A stretch of 64,000 nt of DNA, from contig OZ024740.1 of the NCBI GenBank assembly GCA_964016885.1, positions 330,212,001-330,276,000 of the forward strand. Reading direction: 5' to 3'. The stretch's first letter is position 1; every line of letters begins with the position of its first letter. The position numbers and the translations under genes are program-made. The stretch is from Eledone cirrhosa. Its lineage: Eukaryota. This document shows positions 1 through 12,700 of this stretch, one piece after another. The notes under the pieces were generated by a model that worked only from the letters and a program-made list of their open reading frames with translations, ran no database searches and was not told the DNA's origin.

Positions 1-265
1 ATCAGTTATAAATATATATATATATATAAAGGTTTACATATATATATATATATACATATATACATATACGTGTTTTGTGGCTCAATGAAAAGTTAATAAA
101 TTAAATAATCAGAGCTATATATTAAAAAACATGTCCATAGAATCACCAGATAAAATATATACCATTTTCTCTCCCAATTAGCATAACTAACCATATAAAA
201 ATTCGAATAGACCAGGCTATAAGAATAAGGCTTCTATGAAGAAATTTCCAACAAATAATATATAT

Positions 266-347
<82 letters not shown>

Positions 348-482
348 TACTTGGGGAGGGTCATATTTGTGTAATATTGCCAGAATTAATAACAGAACAC
401 ACTCACTGTTTGGTTGGTTTTCGCTTCTCGCTGTCTTTTATATCGGTAATCTAACTTATGTTGCCATTGACTGACCTACGGT

Positions 483-1341
483 CAGAGGGTACTTGCAGAA
501 ACATGACAACAACATACATAGGTGAGACAGCTCGTAGCATAGGTGAAAGGATAGACCAACACTGGGGGGAACTAAAAGGACGAAAAAACGGGGCAGTACT
601 ATACGAACATGCTAGACAACAACATGACGGTAACATAGACAACATAGAAATTAGAATAATATCTAAACATAGAAATGGCCGAGCAGATAGGCAAATCAGA
701 GAGGGCAGTGAAATAGAAATTAGAAGACCAAAGCTAAACAGAAAGAATGAATGGAATAACAACACCCAAACAAACAACACTGACCTAAGAGAAGTATAAA
801 TAAGTAAATAAAATAAGATAAATAAATAAATAAACACATACACAAGCACAATAACAACAAGCACATAAACACACACTAGTCACCCATCACACAGCAAACA
901 TAACACTATACACACACGGAAACGCATGCGCAAAGAAGACAAAATAAAATAAACAAACAAGCAAATAAATAAATAAATATATAGACAGACTGAATAAAAA
1001 TGGCGTAGACATACAACACAACAGGAGGAAAATATAACACCACTGACGTTGTTGCAGATGTGCAACGAAAGATTTATGATAAACTATATATATGTGTTCG
1101 TGTCTATATTGTATCTGTATTATTTTTGACCGTCGGTCAGTCAATGGACCCATTGAGGACCGAGTAAGTTAGATTACCGATATAAAAGATAGCGAGAAGC
1201 GAAAACCCACCAAACAGTGAGTGTGTTCTATTATTAATTCTGGCAATATTACACAAATATGACCCTCCCCAAGTATAATAATATTTGTTTCGACACACGA
1301 TTTCATATAAAAAACCTCGCAAAACCAATTCATCGCCGCTA
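483..1341 (+). repeat. 5' pseudo-LTR (copy of the EN tail, 3'UTR and ORF start)
   Basis: Near-identical to 4567-5422. ORF 458-799 repeats the GIY-YIG C-terminus of 4386-4880. Confidence 0.92.
1036..1099 (+). ncRNA. Degenerate hammerhead-like motif in the PLE pLTR (second copy about 5117-5180)
   Basis: ctgacgt-t-gttgca-gatg-tgcaac-gaaa here and cggacga-t-gttgca-gatg-tgcaac-gaaa at 5124-5151. The consensus of the two is CUGACGA-U-stemII-GAAA. Stems I and III are weak. Confidence 0.55.
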
Positions 1342-4300
1342 CGGCATTAGCTTGTGCCAAGCTGAAAGGTTATTGAAAGACACTGTTTTCTGTTATATAA
1401 AACTACAATAACAACAGAACAAATCCGCTTCTTAAAACACTGTGTTTCCTCCAAAACATACACAACAAACATATCAAAACAAGTAAATAATTTATTATTG
1501 AACAAAACACAAGCCGAACGACTAAAACACACAATAACAGTTAATATGAAAAGAACAACATACACAAAAGTCAACGAACTTTACAGACAGAAACGCATTA
1601 ACGGTAAGGAAATCTGAAATCTCATCACACCAAACGAGAAGGATAACTTCATGAGCGTCATCCGACGTGAAACGAAATGCGCTCGAAACGAATGCAATAG
1701 GCATTTCAATAAGAAAATAGAATGGATGAATAAGAGAAAACTACAAGAAAGGAAAATCGAATATTCTCAAAAATACCCAGATAACATCGACAATATCCTT
1801 ATGACTGATGTAAAAATACCGGAAGAATTTATCAATGACCACACAGTAAATATCTATGGGAACACTTTAATCAGTGAACAAGAACAACAAATCCTGCGGC
1901 TACCACCAAAATTTGCCATCTACAAAAAGATTAACCCTATGGAGTGCAAAACGGAGCTGGAAAAGTGTTTCACAAAAATACGTTGGAATGCAAAGGTAAA
2001 CAACAACAACAATAATAACGGTAGTAGTAATATAAACAATAACTCTGAGTATAGAAATAACAGCCATAACAATAACAATAGCAGGAAAGTGAGAAATAGT
2101 GATAGTGGTAATAATACTAGCGATAGACAGAACAACAACAACCACAATAATAATAATAATAGAAACATTAACCACAGACACAGCAACAGCGACCACAATA
2201 GTAATAACGGTAACAATACGAACAACAACAACAATAACCACAGTGGTAATAATGGAAATAGTACATGTAGCAACATCAATGATAGACACAACAAAAACAA
2301 GAAACATAATAAAAGTAACAACCACAATGGTAGAAATAACAGTAACAACAACAACAATAACGGTGAAGTAAACAACAATACATCTAGCAATCATAACAAT
2401 AATAATAATGCTAATGATAGAAACAATAACAACCACCCTGATAAGAACAATAGCAACACACACAACTATGACGATAGATATAATGACAACCCCTTAGAGA
2501 AACTATTTTTCAACCCAGCTGACAAAACATATAAGATGGGTAATATCTATCCTACGAGGTTACCCTTTAATAAAAGAGTTTGCATACCACAACAAATAGA
2601 TGACGAGACAGAGGCACAGTTCACCATAGCTAGAAATAAGATTAGACAAATAGTATACAGGTATACTAAGAGACAGAGCAGACCAGGGGCCCAACAACTT
2701 GGGAGGAAACCTGTAGAAGGCTTGGTTAGCCTCAAGCAGCGCACAAGGGATGGTGAGGTAGTGTGTCTACCCACGGATAAGTCTGGTAGGATGTCAATAG
2801 ATAGCATGCCGAACTACATCGAGGCTGTGCAAACCCACGTCACCAACACGAGCGAAATTGCACAACAAACACACGATGCGAGAGAAAAAATCCTCAAAGC
2901 TCACATGATGATGTGGACTGTTCCTAAAGCCAAGCAGACGCACTGCCAACAACTTCCAGGCGTCTAACAATGGCATACCACCCTTGTATGGGCTCCGCAA
3001 AGACCACAAGACAGTCGACGACCCGACAACAGGACCACCAAAAAGACCAGTATGCGGAGCTAATATAGCTAGCAAATACAGGATCTCCTACTTCCTCTCA
3101 ATGGTTATACGCCCCATAATCAAGATGTCCCCAGATGTATGTGACAGTACAGAGGATCTCCTCAGCAGAATCAGTGAGTGCAACAAACAGAGGAGCCTAT
3201 CCAACTGCATAATAGGCAGCATGGATGTGGTGTCACTGTACCCATCCATTAACATTGATTTTGCTGTGAAAAGATGTGTGGAGATGATCATTGAGATTGA
3301 GGTGCAGTTCTGCGACGTCGACACAGACGAACTGCGCCTCCTACTTAGACTTACCTACGCCACTGACTACCTAGACAGCCATGACCTTAGATGTTTCTGC
3401 CCTAGTAGACCTATAAGAGGTAGAACCCCCACCATAACCTCAATGGCAAAAAAGACTCCCATGGGAAGGTGGATTGGGTGGACCAAAGCTATACGGACCC
3501 ACCAAATCAAGGATCAGGTAAGAAAAATGGTCGCACATGCAATAGGAGCTAGTATCAAAACTACCCTAAAGGGCCACATATTTAAGTTCAATGAGAAAAT
3601 CTACACCCAAAATGAGGGAGAAGCCATCGGCGTCAGCATAGCTGGTGATGGTGCCAACCTTTATATGGTATGGTGGGAAAGGAGACTTAAAGATCTCCTT
3701 AATGAAAGCTCCATAGACCTCATCATGTACTCTCGTTATGTAGACGATATCAATATAGTTATAAGAACACCCCCACTAGAGAGCACTAACAAGTTTGATT
3801 TAGAACGTAACACGATGGAAAGCATCCAGCAGATAGCTAATTCCATACACCAGAGTATAACTGTACCTATCGACTTCCCTTCCAAACACCCTATCAATAG
3901 ACTACCTGTATTAGACACAGAACTCTGGATTAACACTATAGACGAGAGAGCCCAAATTCTCCACTCACACTATGCTAAACCCGTGGCCTCCAAATACCTG
4001 ATACTCAAAAACTCAGCAATGTCCAGTAGTGCTAAGTTTAATATTCTGATCGCAGATTTGGTACGAGTGATGAAGAATGTGTCCCGCATGTGCGACCCAA
4101 CAGAAATGGAAAGACACATCCAACACTTCATCAACCACATGCAGTTCTCTGGCTACAACCAAAGAGACAGAGTCAGAGTATACGAAGGAGCCATGGAAAA
4201 GTATAAGACCCTCATAGAACTGGACATGAAAGGAATTTGCCCATTATACAGGAGCAAATCATGGAATAGCTTAGATAGGGCTAGACATCAGATAGGGAAA

Positions 4301-4880
4301 GCCACCTCATGGTACGACAACCAGAGATACCAGAGTGTCATGTTTGTGGACGCCACCCCTGGAGGGAAATTAGTGTAGAAAGGCCATGAGAAAGACCCAT
4401 TTAAAAATAAAGGTGGTAGAAAAGCCAGGAACCACCATAAAATCCCTGATCAGCAAAACCTACCCTTTTAAGAAAACCCCCTGTACCAATAGGAAATGTA
4501 TCATATGTAAGGTGAACCCCCGGATAAACTGTAAAACTAGAAACGTAGTCTATAGCATAAGATGTACAGAGGGTACTTGCAGACACATGACAACACCATA
4601 CATAGGTGAGACAGCTCGTACCATAGGTCAAAGGATAGACCAACACTGGGGGGAACTAAAAGGACGAAAAAACGGGGCAGTACTATACGAACATGCTAGA
4701 CAACAACATGACGGTAACATAGACAACATAGAAATTAGAATATCTAAACATAGAAATGACCCAGCAGATAGGCAAATCAGAGAGGCCAGTGAAATAGAAA
4801 TTAGAAGACCAAAGCTAAACAGAAAGAATGAATGGGATAACAACACCCAAACAAACAACACTGACCTAAGAGAAGTATAA
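1259..4880 (+). pseudogene. Frameshifted PLE polyprotein (N-terminal domain, Asn-rich insert, RT, Cys linker, GIY-YIG endonuclease)
   Basis: Motifs PTDKSG, YGLRKDHK, RPV, SMDVVSLYPSI, QNEGEAIG, RYVDDI, LPVLD, CTNRKCIIC, NVVYSIRC..C..YIGETAR..RIDQH..H, REASEI..PKLN. Split across ORFs 1651-2967, 2984-4378 and 4386-4880. The probable ATG (MTLPKYNN) is at 1259, inside the pLTR. Confidence 0.92.
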
Positions 4881-5422
4881 ATAAGTAAATAAAATAAGAT
4901 AAATAAATAAATAAACACATTCACAAGCACAATAACAACAAGCACATAAACACACACTAGTCACCCATCACACAGCAAACATAACACTATACACACACGC
5001 AAACGCATGCGCAAAGAAGACAAAATAAAATAAACAAACAAGCAAATACATAAATAAATATATAGACATACTGAATAAAAATGGCGTAGACATACAACAC
5101 AACAGGAGGAAAATATAACACCACGGACGATGTTGCAGATGTGCAACGAAAGATTTATGATAAACTATATATATGTGTTCGTGTCTATATTGTATCTGTA
5201 TTATTTTTGACCGTCGGTCAGTCAATGGCAACATTGAGGACCGAGTAAGTTAGATTACCGATATAAAAGACAGCGAGAAGCGAAAACCCACCAAACAGTG
5301 AGTGTGTTCTGTTATTAATTCTGGCAATATTACACAAATATGACCCTCCCCAAGTATAACAATATTTGTTTCGACACACGATTTCATATAAAAAACCTCG
5401 CAAAACTAATTCATCGCCGCTA
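4567..5422 (+). repeat. 3' pseudo-LTR
   Basis: Direct repeat of 483-1341, ending at (TA)n. Confidence 0.92.
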
Positions 5423-5429
5423 TATATAT

Positions 5430-5700
5430 ATGGTGGTGCTCTGAAATAGCGATATATATATGAATGTATGGTTCTCCTCAGAGCTTAGCACTCCCTTTGC
5501 CTCAAGGCAAAGGGAGTGCTAAGCTCTGAGAAGTACCAACAGTACGAATCAGAGATCTCTCAGCTTACCTACCTTTGTTTGCTGAAAAATGAAGTAAGTG
5601 ACATAGTCACTACGTTAAAACAATAGAGTAAGGTCATCAAAATGCTTTTAATTAAGCATGCAGTGTATTGCAAAATACACTATATATAAGTTCATATACA
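5430..5700. mobile_element. Short non-coding element related to the 35.1-36.0 kb and 24-27 kb repeat family, with a 26-bp-arm palindrome and a degenerate HHR
   Basis: Shares gctctgaaatagcgatatata and atgcttttaattaagcat with those arrays. Palindrome at 5477-5530. HHR-like string agct-ctgagaa-gtac-caaca-gtac-gaat-cagagatctc-tc-agct. Confidence 0.7.
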
Positions 5701-5736
5701 GTATATATATATAGATATACTGTATATCTATATCTA

Positions 5737-5811
<75 letters not shown>

Positions 5812-5814
5812 ATA

Positions 5815-5871
<57 letters not shown>

Positions 5872-5879
<8 letters not shown>

Positions 5880-6231
5880 GTGAGGTTTTTTTTACAAAAT
5901 GAAAAATAACCAAGTGTCCTACACGAGTGAAAGTATAAAGAAAAGGAGATGAAATCGAAAATGCAACTGGAGTCTTATTTTTTTTTTGAATATATATATT
6001 TATTTGGTTCCTTTACCGGTTTCGCAGTTCTTCTGCTTTTCAAAAGGTGAGTTGAGATGGAGGGTCTGTGGTTTTTCTCACACGTGAGAAAAACCACAGA
6101 CCCTCCATCTGAACTCACCTTTTGAAAAGCAGAAGAACTGCGAAACCGGTAAAGGAACCAAATAAATATATATATTAAAAAAAAAAATAAGACTCCAGTT
6201 GCATTTTCGATTTCATCTCTTTTTCTTTATA
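5872..6231. mobile_element. Fold-back element (family B) in (TA)n carrying two variant HHRs
   Basis: About 5934-6080 is the reverse complement of about 6084-6231 (centre tctcacacgtgaga). (TA)n on both sides. Confidence 0.88.
6118..6155 (+). ncRNA. Minimal type I hammerhead with UUGAAAA core (U3:A8 variant)
   Basis: cctt|ttgaaaa|gcag aagaa ctgc|gaaa|ccgg|ta|aagg: stem I cctt/aagg, stem II gcag/ctgc, palindromic stem III ACCGGU, GUA site. Copies at 6010-6047(-), 6746-6783(-), 7911-7948(+) and 23744-23781(+). Confidence 0.75.
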
Positions 6232-6242
6232 TATATATATAT

Positions 6243-6302
<60 letters not shown>

Positions 6303-6581
6303 TAATAAAATAATGAATAAACAAAGAAACAGTTCCTTATATTAAAAAAATTCATCATTTTACGATCGTTTCTAGGATATTTATGTGTTAGAGTTGGTAT
6401 GCATATTCTATAGATCTATGTACAATATTTATACAAACTATCAGAGGGAATATACATACCTACAAATATATATGCTGTCTTCAGAACTAATGATATTTGT
6501 TTATTGAAAAAACAAAGATTCAATACAATAGGTCTGTTTGGGAACAGGTTTTGAATCTTTGTTTTTTTCATTATTTTTCAT

Positions 6582-6607
<26 letters not shown>

Positions 6608-6614
<7 letters not shown>

Positions 6615-7303
6615 GTGAGGTTTTTTTTACAAAATGAAAAATAACCGAGGTGTCCTACACGAGTGGAAGTTTAAAGAAAAAGAGATGAAATCGAAAATGC
6701 AACTGAAGTCTTATTTTTTTTAAAAATATATATATTTATTTGGTTCCTTTACCGGTTTCGCAGTTCTTCTGCTTTTCAAAAGGTGAGTTGAGATGGAGGG
6801 TCTGTGGTTTTAGTCACATCTGGTTGGTCTCTAAATGTTACTTGTTTTATATGGAAAAAGTGGCTCGAAAGCCAGGTTTTTCGAGAAGTAATTTGATTGG
6901 TTTGTCAATAATTATAATAAATTTCGCGCCAGTTCGCGCCAGTTCGCGTTACAAGAGTTCTTCAAATAAGAGAGGGGGGGTTGTCACAGGTTGTTTTTTC
7001 ATATATGAGTGTTTGAATTTCTTTTTACTTTGAAAAATGAGGCTCACGAATGCTTTTTTTTGGTTGGTTATAAATGAAATTTGGCTGTCACGTGAACAAG
7101 TTTTCATTACATTTTTGTGCCCTTATTTGGAAAACTATTCTGTAGTCTTCATAGTGAATGTTATGACAATGGAGAGATAGTGGTCAAGGGAAAAGGGATT
7201 GGGAGAAATGTTCTGGTTTAGTGAATATGGCCAGCTGTCAGAGTTCAGGTGTCAGATTTCAGATTTTCTATTGAGACTGAAGATGTGTTTATTTGTGTGC
7301 TTC

Positions 7304-7338
<35 letters not shown>

Positions 7339-8017
7339 ATGTGTGTATTGGAAGATGATTCTATTAGTAGAGATGGGGGAGGGAGTTCTGTGTGTGTGTG
7401 TATATGGGTGTTACGTGTGTGTGTGTGCGAGTATGTTAAGATGGAGAGAATATATATTTTGTGTGTGTGTATATATATATATATGTGTGTAGGAAAGTGG
7501 TTCTATTAGTAGAAATGGGGAGGGAGTTGTAGGTGTGGGGGTTGTTATGTGTGTGTATGGGTGTTATGTGTGTGGGAGTATGGTTAGCATGTTAAGATGA
7601 AGAGAATATATATATATATATATATATTGTGTGTGTGTGTATGTGTGTGTGTAGGAAAGTGATTCCTTTAGTAGGAAGATGATTCTATTAGTAGAGATGG
7701 GCGACGGAGTTGTGTGTGTATATGGGTGTTATGTGTGTGCGAGTATGTTAAGATGGAGAGAATGGCGCGAAATTTATTATAATTATTGACAAACCAATCA
7801 AATTACTTCTCGAAAAACCTGGCTTTCGAGCCACTTTTTCCATATAAAACAAGTAACATTTAGAGACCAACCAGATGTGAGAAAAAGCACAGACACTCCA
7901 TCTCAACTCACCTTTTGAAAAGCAGAAGAACTGCGAAACCGGTAAAGGAACCAAATAAATATATATATTTAAAAAAAAAATAAGACTTCAGTTGCATTTT
8001 CGATTTCATCTCTTTTT

Positions 8018-8022
<5 letters not shown>
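6608..8022. mobile_element. Longer family-B element with inverted arms (about 6672-6930 and 7764-8022) around a GT-rich minisatellite
   Basis: The arms are reverse complements. An internal repeat of roughly 120 bp (gattctattagtagagatgg...gtatgttaagatggagagaat) spans 7350-7762. (TA)n flanks. Confidence 0.85.
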
Positions 8023-8082
<60 letters not shown>

Positions 8083-8148
8083 CAATGAATAGAACTCACA
8101 ACATTAAGTTCTTGTGTCAATATGTCACTATCTGTAAACCAACTTTTA

Positions 8149-8209
8149 TTATTTTATCTGATGAGGGCGTACCAAATGTTGGTACCCTTGAAATATATAT
8201 AATAAAATA
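8149..8209 (+). ncRNA. Type I hammerhead ribozyme (family C)
   Basis: tattttat|ctgatga|gggcgtacc aaatgtt ggtaccctt|gaaa|tata|ta|..ataaaata, within a ~160-bp element between (TA)n tracts. Confidence 0.7.
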
Positions 8210-8741
8210 GATATGGTTTTATAAAGATAGCTTCCATTTATTAATATTATATATATATATATACACATATACATACAGGAGGAAGCGTACATATTCCAGT
8301 CTATTTCATCAGTTCACAAATCTTCCTTCAAGTAGTTAAACTTAGACTATTGTTTATACTTGAACAATTCTAAAGGTTAACTATTGCATGTTAAGCTATT
8401 TAGCATTAACATATTGCATAGCTCGGAGAATGCTCTCACATCTGATGGACTTCTTTAGTTTACATCACGACACTATGAGAAATGATGGAAATTACGTTCG
8501 TTATAATTATTCATACCTCCACCGTTGACATTGTAAATAACTTATGAAATATTTTTTCTTTATTTCAAATTCCAGCTTTTACCACGATCTTTCATATTAT
8601 TTATTCCTATTCTTCTCCTGAAGCAAAAAAAAGAAACAAATATATCGTTTGCATATAACCACTCACATATATTCACATTTCTACACGGCACACAGGAATA
8701 TAGATATAATCATACACGCACACCACACCTATATATATATG

Positions 8742-8835
<94 letters not shown>

Positions 8836-9027
8836 GATATATATAAATTTGAAGACTAAAATCCAAAGAGGGCTCGATAAGGATAAATATATATCAAATA
8901 TATAAGAACCGTAGAGCAAATATTTTAATAAATATATATATGCAAAAGTTCTATTTAAAATTGTTGGGATACAACAAGTAAATATTTTTATAACTGATAT
9001 AAAGCACTCGACAAGTATTTGCAGTAG

Positions 9028-9394
9028 ATATACGATATTAATAAATGGAATCTATATTTATAAAACCATATTTATTTCATTATACATATTTCAGGGATAC
9101 CAAATTAAATTATGGTATGCCTTCATCAGACAAAATACAATATATAACAGTTTTACAAATAAGCTTTGATGTACCCTTTTAAAATGCAACCATTATTTTT
9201 GGAAGCCAACTATCCAGATGGCTTCCAAAAATAATGGTTGCATTTTAAAAGGGTACGTCAAAGCTTATTTGTAAAACTGTTATATATTGTATTTTGTCTG
9301 ATGAAGGCATACCATAATTTAATTTGGTATCCCTGAAATATGTATAATGAAATAAATATGGTTTTATAAATATAGTTTCCATTTATTAATATCG

Positions 9395-9399
<5 letters not shown>
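9028..9399. repeat. Near-perfect palindrome (arms 9028-9208 and 9219-9399), each arm with a family-C HHR
   Basis: Reverse-complement arms with a 10-nt spacer. HHR ctgatga-agg c atacca...tggtat c cct-gaaa-tatg-ta at 9289-9353(+) and about 9073-9138(-). Confidence 0.9.
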
Positions 9400-9433
<34 letters not shown>

Positions 9434-9785
9434 GTGTATGTATATATATAGTTTATATATATATATAAATATAGTGTATTCATGAGTGAATAAAAATAAT
9501 AATAATGAGTTCATTTATTAACCACATGGGCCGACATGTAGGGGACAATACAAAGACAGGGACAGTGGGGGTTTACAATAATGTCGAGTAAAAGTGCACA
9601 ATGGCAAGTCTAATTTAACAATGAAAATATAAAAATATAAAATAAACTATGCATAAATATAACAAAATAAATTCACCGATAGGGCGTGGACGACCCTGGG
9701 GGGACTCGGGTACCCCACCAATCCTGAACCACCCTCCGCTTCTAGGTCACCCAGGGAGAGCACCCCTCTCCTCAAGTTAGATAGC

Positions 9786-12700
9786 CTATAGGCGCATGGT
9801 CAGAGTAGGCCCATTCACACGAGCCATTCTCGCCACATTCACCCACCTTTTAGCAAATGTACTGGGGGGCAGCACTTCTCTCTCCACCCTCACCTTCCTT
9901 TCCAGGTGAAACTTGAAGAAGTTGATGAGGGATTGGCCGAAGAGAAAAGTGTCTGTCTTAGGTCCTTTTAACCTGGTTCACCATATAACCTCTTTCGCAA
10001 CTGCCACCAGACAGAGGAAAGTTTCCTGCTCTTCCTTACCTAAGGAAGGCGGTGGATCGATCTTCACTATGAACTCGGCCGATAGCCGGATTCGTTCCAC
10101 ACGCGACAGTAGCTGTTCGATATAACTCCACAAGTCAGTAATGCACGGACATTGGACAAGTGCGTGCAGAACGGTTTCGTCGTTCTCTGCGCATCTTGGG
10201 CAGGTCCGTCTGACAGCATGTCCGTGCCTGTAGAGTTTATCCCGAACCGGCAGTGCCGCCCGATAGCACTGCCAATAGACAGATTTCTGGAAATTGTCCA
10301 TCGTCCCCTGCTCAAAGGTCCTCCGGTACAGACTGGTCAGTTCGACTTCGTCGAGGACCAAAGCTTCTCCGAGTGCGTCATCGCACTTGCCCACCACTAA
10401 TCCTCTATAGAACTCGAGAGTGGAAGTTCCACTGATCGCATTGCCCGCTTGGTAGAGGTCAGTGAGTGCCTGGCAACATTCCAGGTGCCAGTCACCCAGT
10501 CTCGGTCTCTTCTTGACCCAGGACTGCAGCTCAGTCAAAGAAATGAGCTGCGGAAAGGCCCGTCTGATAAACGGCGACCACACCTGTTCACCGTTGAGGC
10601 AGAATATCTGGAGATGTCGCAGCCTCAACGCATGTCTGCGCATCATTAGCCACGGCATGTCCAGCCCTCCGCGTAGAGGGTGTTTGCAGCAAATGGACCG
10701 TCTCACCAACGGAACTTGTCCTCTCCACAAGAATTTGAAGAGGAGCCGTTCCAACTTGACGAGGCGCGGACGGGGGCAAGGCACGACGGTCAGGCGGTAG
10801 TAGATGACGGACGCGATGTACGCACTCGCCACCTCCGCCCGACCTTTCAGTGATAGCTTCCTCCCAGCCCATTTTGGGGTGAGACTGGCTACTCTGCTCG
10901 TTACCTCGTCCCAATTCTTTTCCACCTGGAGGTCTCGTCCCAACCAAACCCCGAGCAACTTTATCGGTCCGTCCGTCCAGCGCCCCACTACGATTTTGGA
11001 CGGCATGGGCTTACCTCTCTAGGTTCCGAGTTGCAAGCCCACCGACTTTTCCGGGTTGAGTTTGGCTCCTGTCAACCTTTCATATTCCTTCAATAAGGTG
11101 CCGACCAGCTCGATTTCTGTGGTGTTCGACACCATCACGGTGATGTCTTCCGCATAAGCCGACACCGCCTTTCCACGTCCCGGTTCGAGCGGGATGCCCT
11201 GCAACAGCTCCAGCTTCCGCAGTAAAGGCTCGAGAGTCAATACGTACAGAAGGGAAGAGAGAGGGCACCCTTGACGGACCGATCGGGAGAGCCGAAATGG
11301 TTCCGAGAGGTGGTCATTAATCTTGACCACCGAGCGTGTGCCGCTGTACCTTGCAGCGATCCAGCTTCTGAAGACAGGGCCGAAGCCAGCTGCTTTGAGG
11401 AAAAACTCCAGATACAAATGGTCGACCCTATCGAATGCTTTCGATTGATCTAAATTGATCAGTTCCCCACCGAAGCCAGGTTTACACCCTACCCTCTCTA
11501 TGATGTATCGCATGAGGTGGAGTTGTCGTGTATGGACCTGGCTGGGTTGCGCAAGTTTGCGCCTCCCCAACCAAATCCTCGACGACAAGCGCCAATCTCT
11601 TTGCTAACACCTTGGTCAAAATCTTAAACTCTGTCTTGAGCAGAGTTATGGGCCTGATGTTGTCTAATGTATCCCTCTTCTTCTCGTCTTTCCTTATCAG
11701 CGTCACCACTCCCCTGCTAACAGAACTGGGAATACTCCCATTCTGCTGCCAGTTGCATAAAGTGCTTGGAGGAGTTCGGAGAACAAGTCTGGCATATTTA
11801 CGTAAATCTCGGAGGGCAGGCCATCCAAACCAGGTGAATTGCGCCTTATGCAGCCGACAAGTGCGTCCTGAATTTCCGCTGAAGTAATCGGCCTTTCGCA
11901 GCACTCAGCTTCGACCGTCGGGATGCGCGGAAAGCCGTCAAGATAGGGACTGAAATCCGCTACTCTCTCTGACTCGCCACTCTCCCCGAAAAACCGAGCA
12001 AAGTGCTGGCGAAAGGCCTCACACATCCGCTTGGAATCGCTTATCTCTTGTCCGTCTCGGTCCGCCAAAGACCGGATTGTTGTTTTATTACCACGCTGCG
12101 CCTCCGCCAATCGGGCCCATCGAACAGCTTTGGTTCCCTCGTCTCTCAGCGCACACGCCTTAGCTATGACAAATCAACCTTCGTGTTTCGCATTGAAGAA
12201 ATGGTCTAATGCCATTCTCGCCGCTAGCACGTCAGTTGCAATGCCACTACAAATAGCCTCGTCTAACTTATCTACCAGCTCTCCCTCCTTTCTATTTTTC
12301 TCTAACGCTAGTTCTTTGCTGAACTCTATCGAAGTTACTCTAATCTCTCTTTTGAGAGCCCCCCACCATCTGTTGTTGATGATCCCCCCTGTCAACTTTT
12401 GCTTAACTAAATTGTTGACTCGGTCCCTGTAAGCCTTACGTGCCGGAAATGACATGTTCAGCTTCCAGTAACCCGGTCCTAACCTACGCGTTTTATCTAG
12501 GTCTACCGTACAGATCACAAATTTGTGATCTGAATAGGCGACCATTTTAAAAAGTGGGCAGCGCACACTATTTCTATCTATTTTCCTAATGAAGATCCTG
12601 TCTATATACGATCTAGATGACCCCATTCGGTTGGTCCATCTCCACATTGGCACATTAGGGAAATCTAGTCGATACCTGTCATACAGTTGGAACTGGCTGA

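Larger units (their letters stand above)
343..5422 (+). mobile_element. Penelope-like retroelement (C-terminal EN type, Neptune-like linker) with direct and inverted pseudo-LTRs, inserted in (TA)n
   Basis: RT and GIY-YIG ORF pieces. 483-1341 is a direct repeat of 4567-5422, 343-478 is an inverted partial copy of the 3' end, and (TA)n lies on both flanks. Confidence 0.93.

Noticed and set aside
1900-2463. Hydrophobic, membrane-protein-like minus-strand ORFs
   Set aside because: They are antisense shadows of the Asn-rich tract.
1651-4880. Selenocysteine-recoded (Naiad-type) PLE ORF
   Set aside because: The breaks are frameshifts ending in TAA or TAG rather than in-frame TGA, and the endonuclease is C-terminal.
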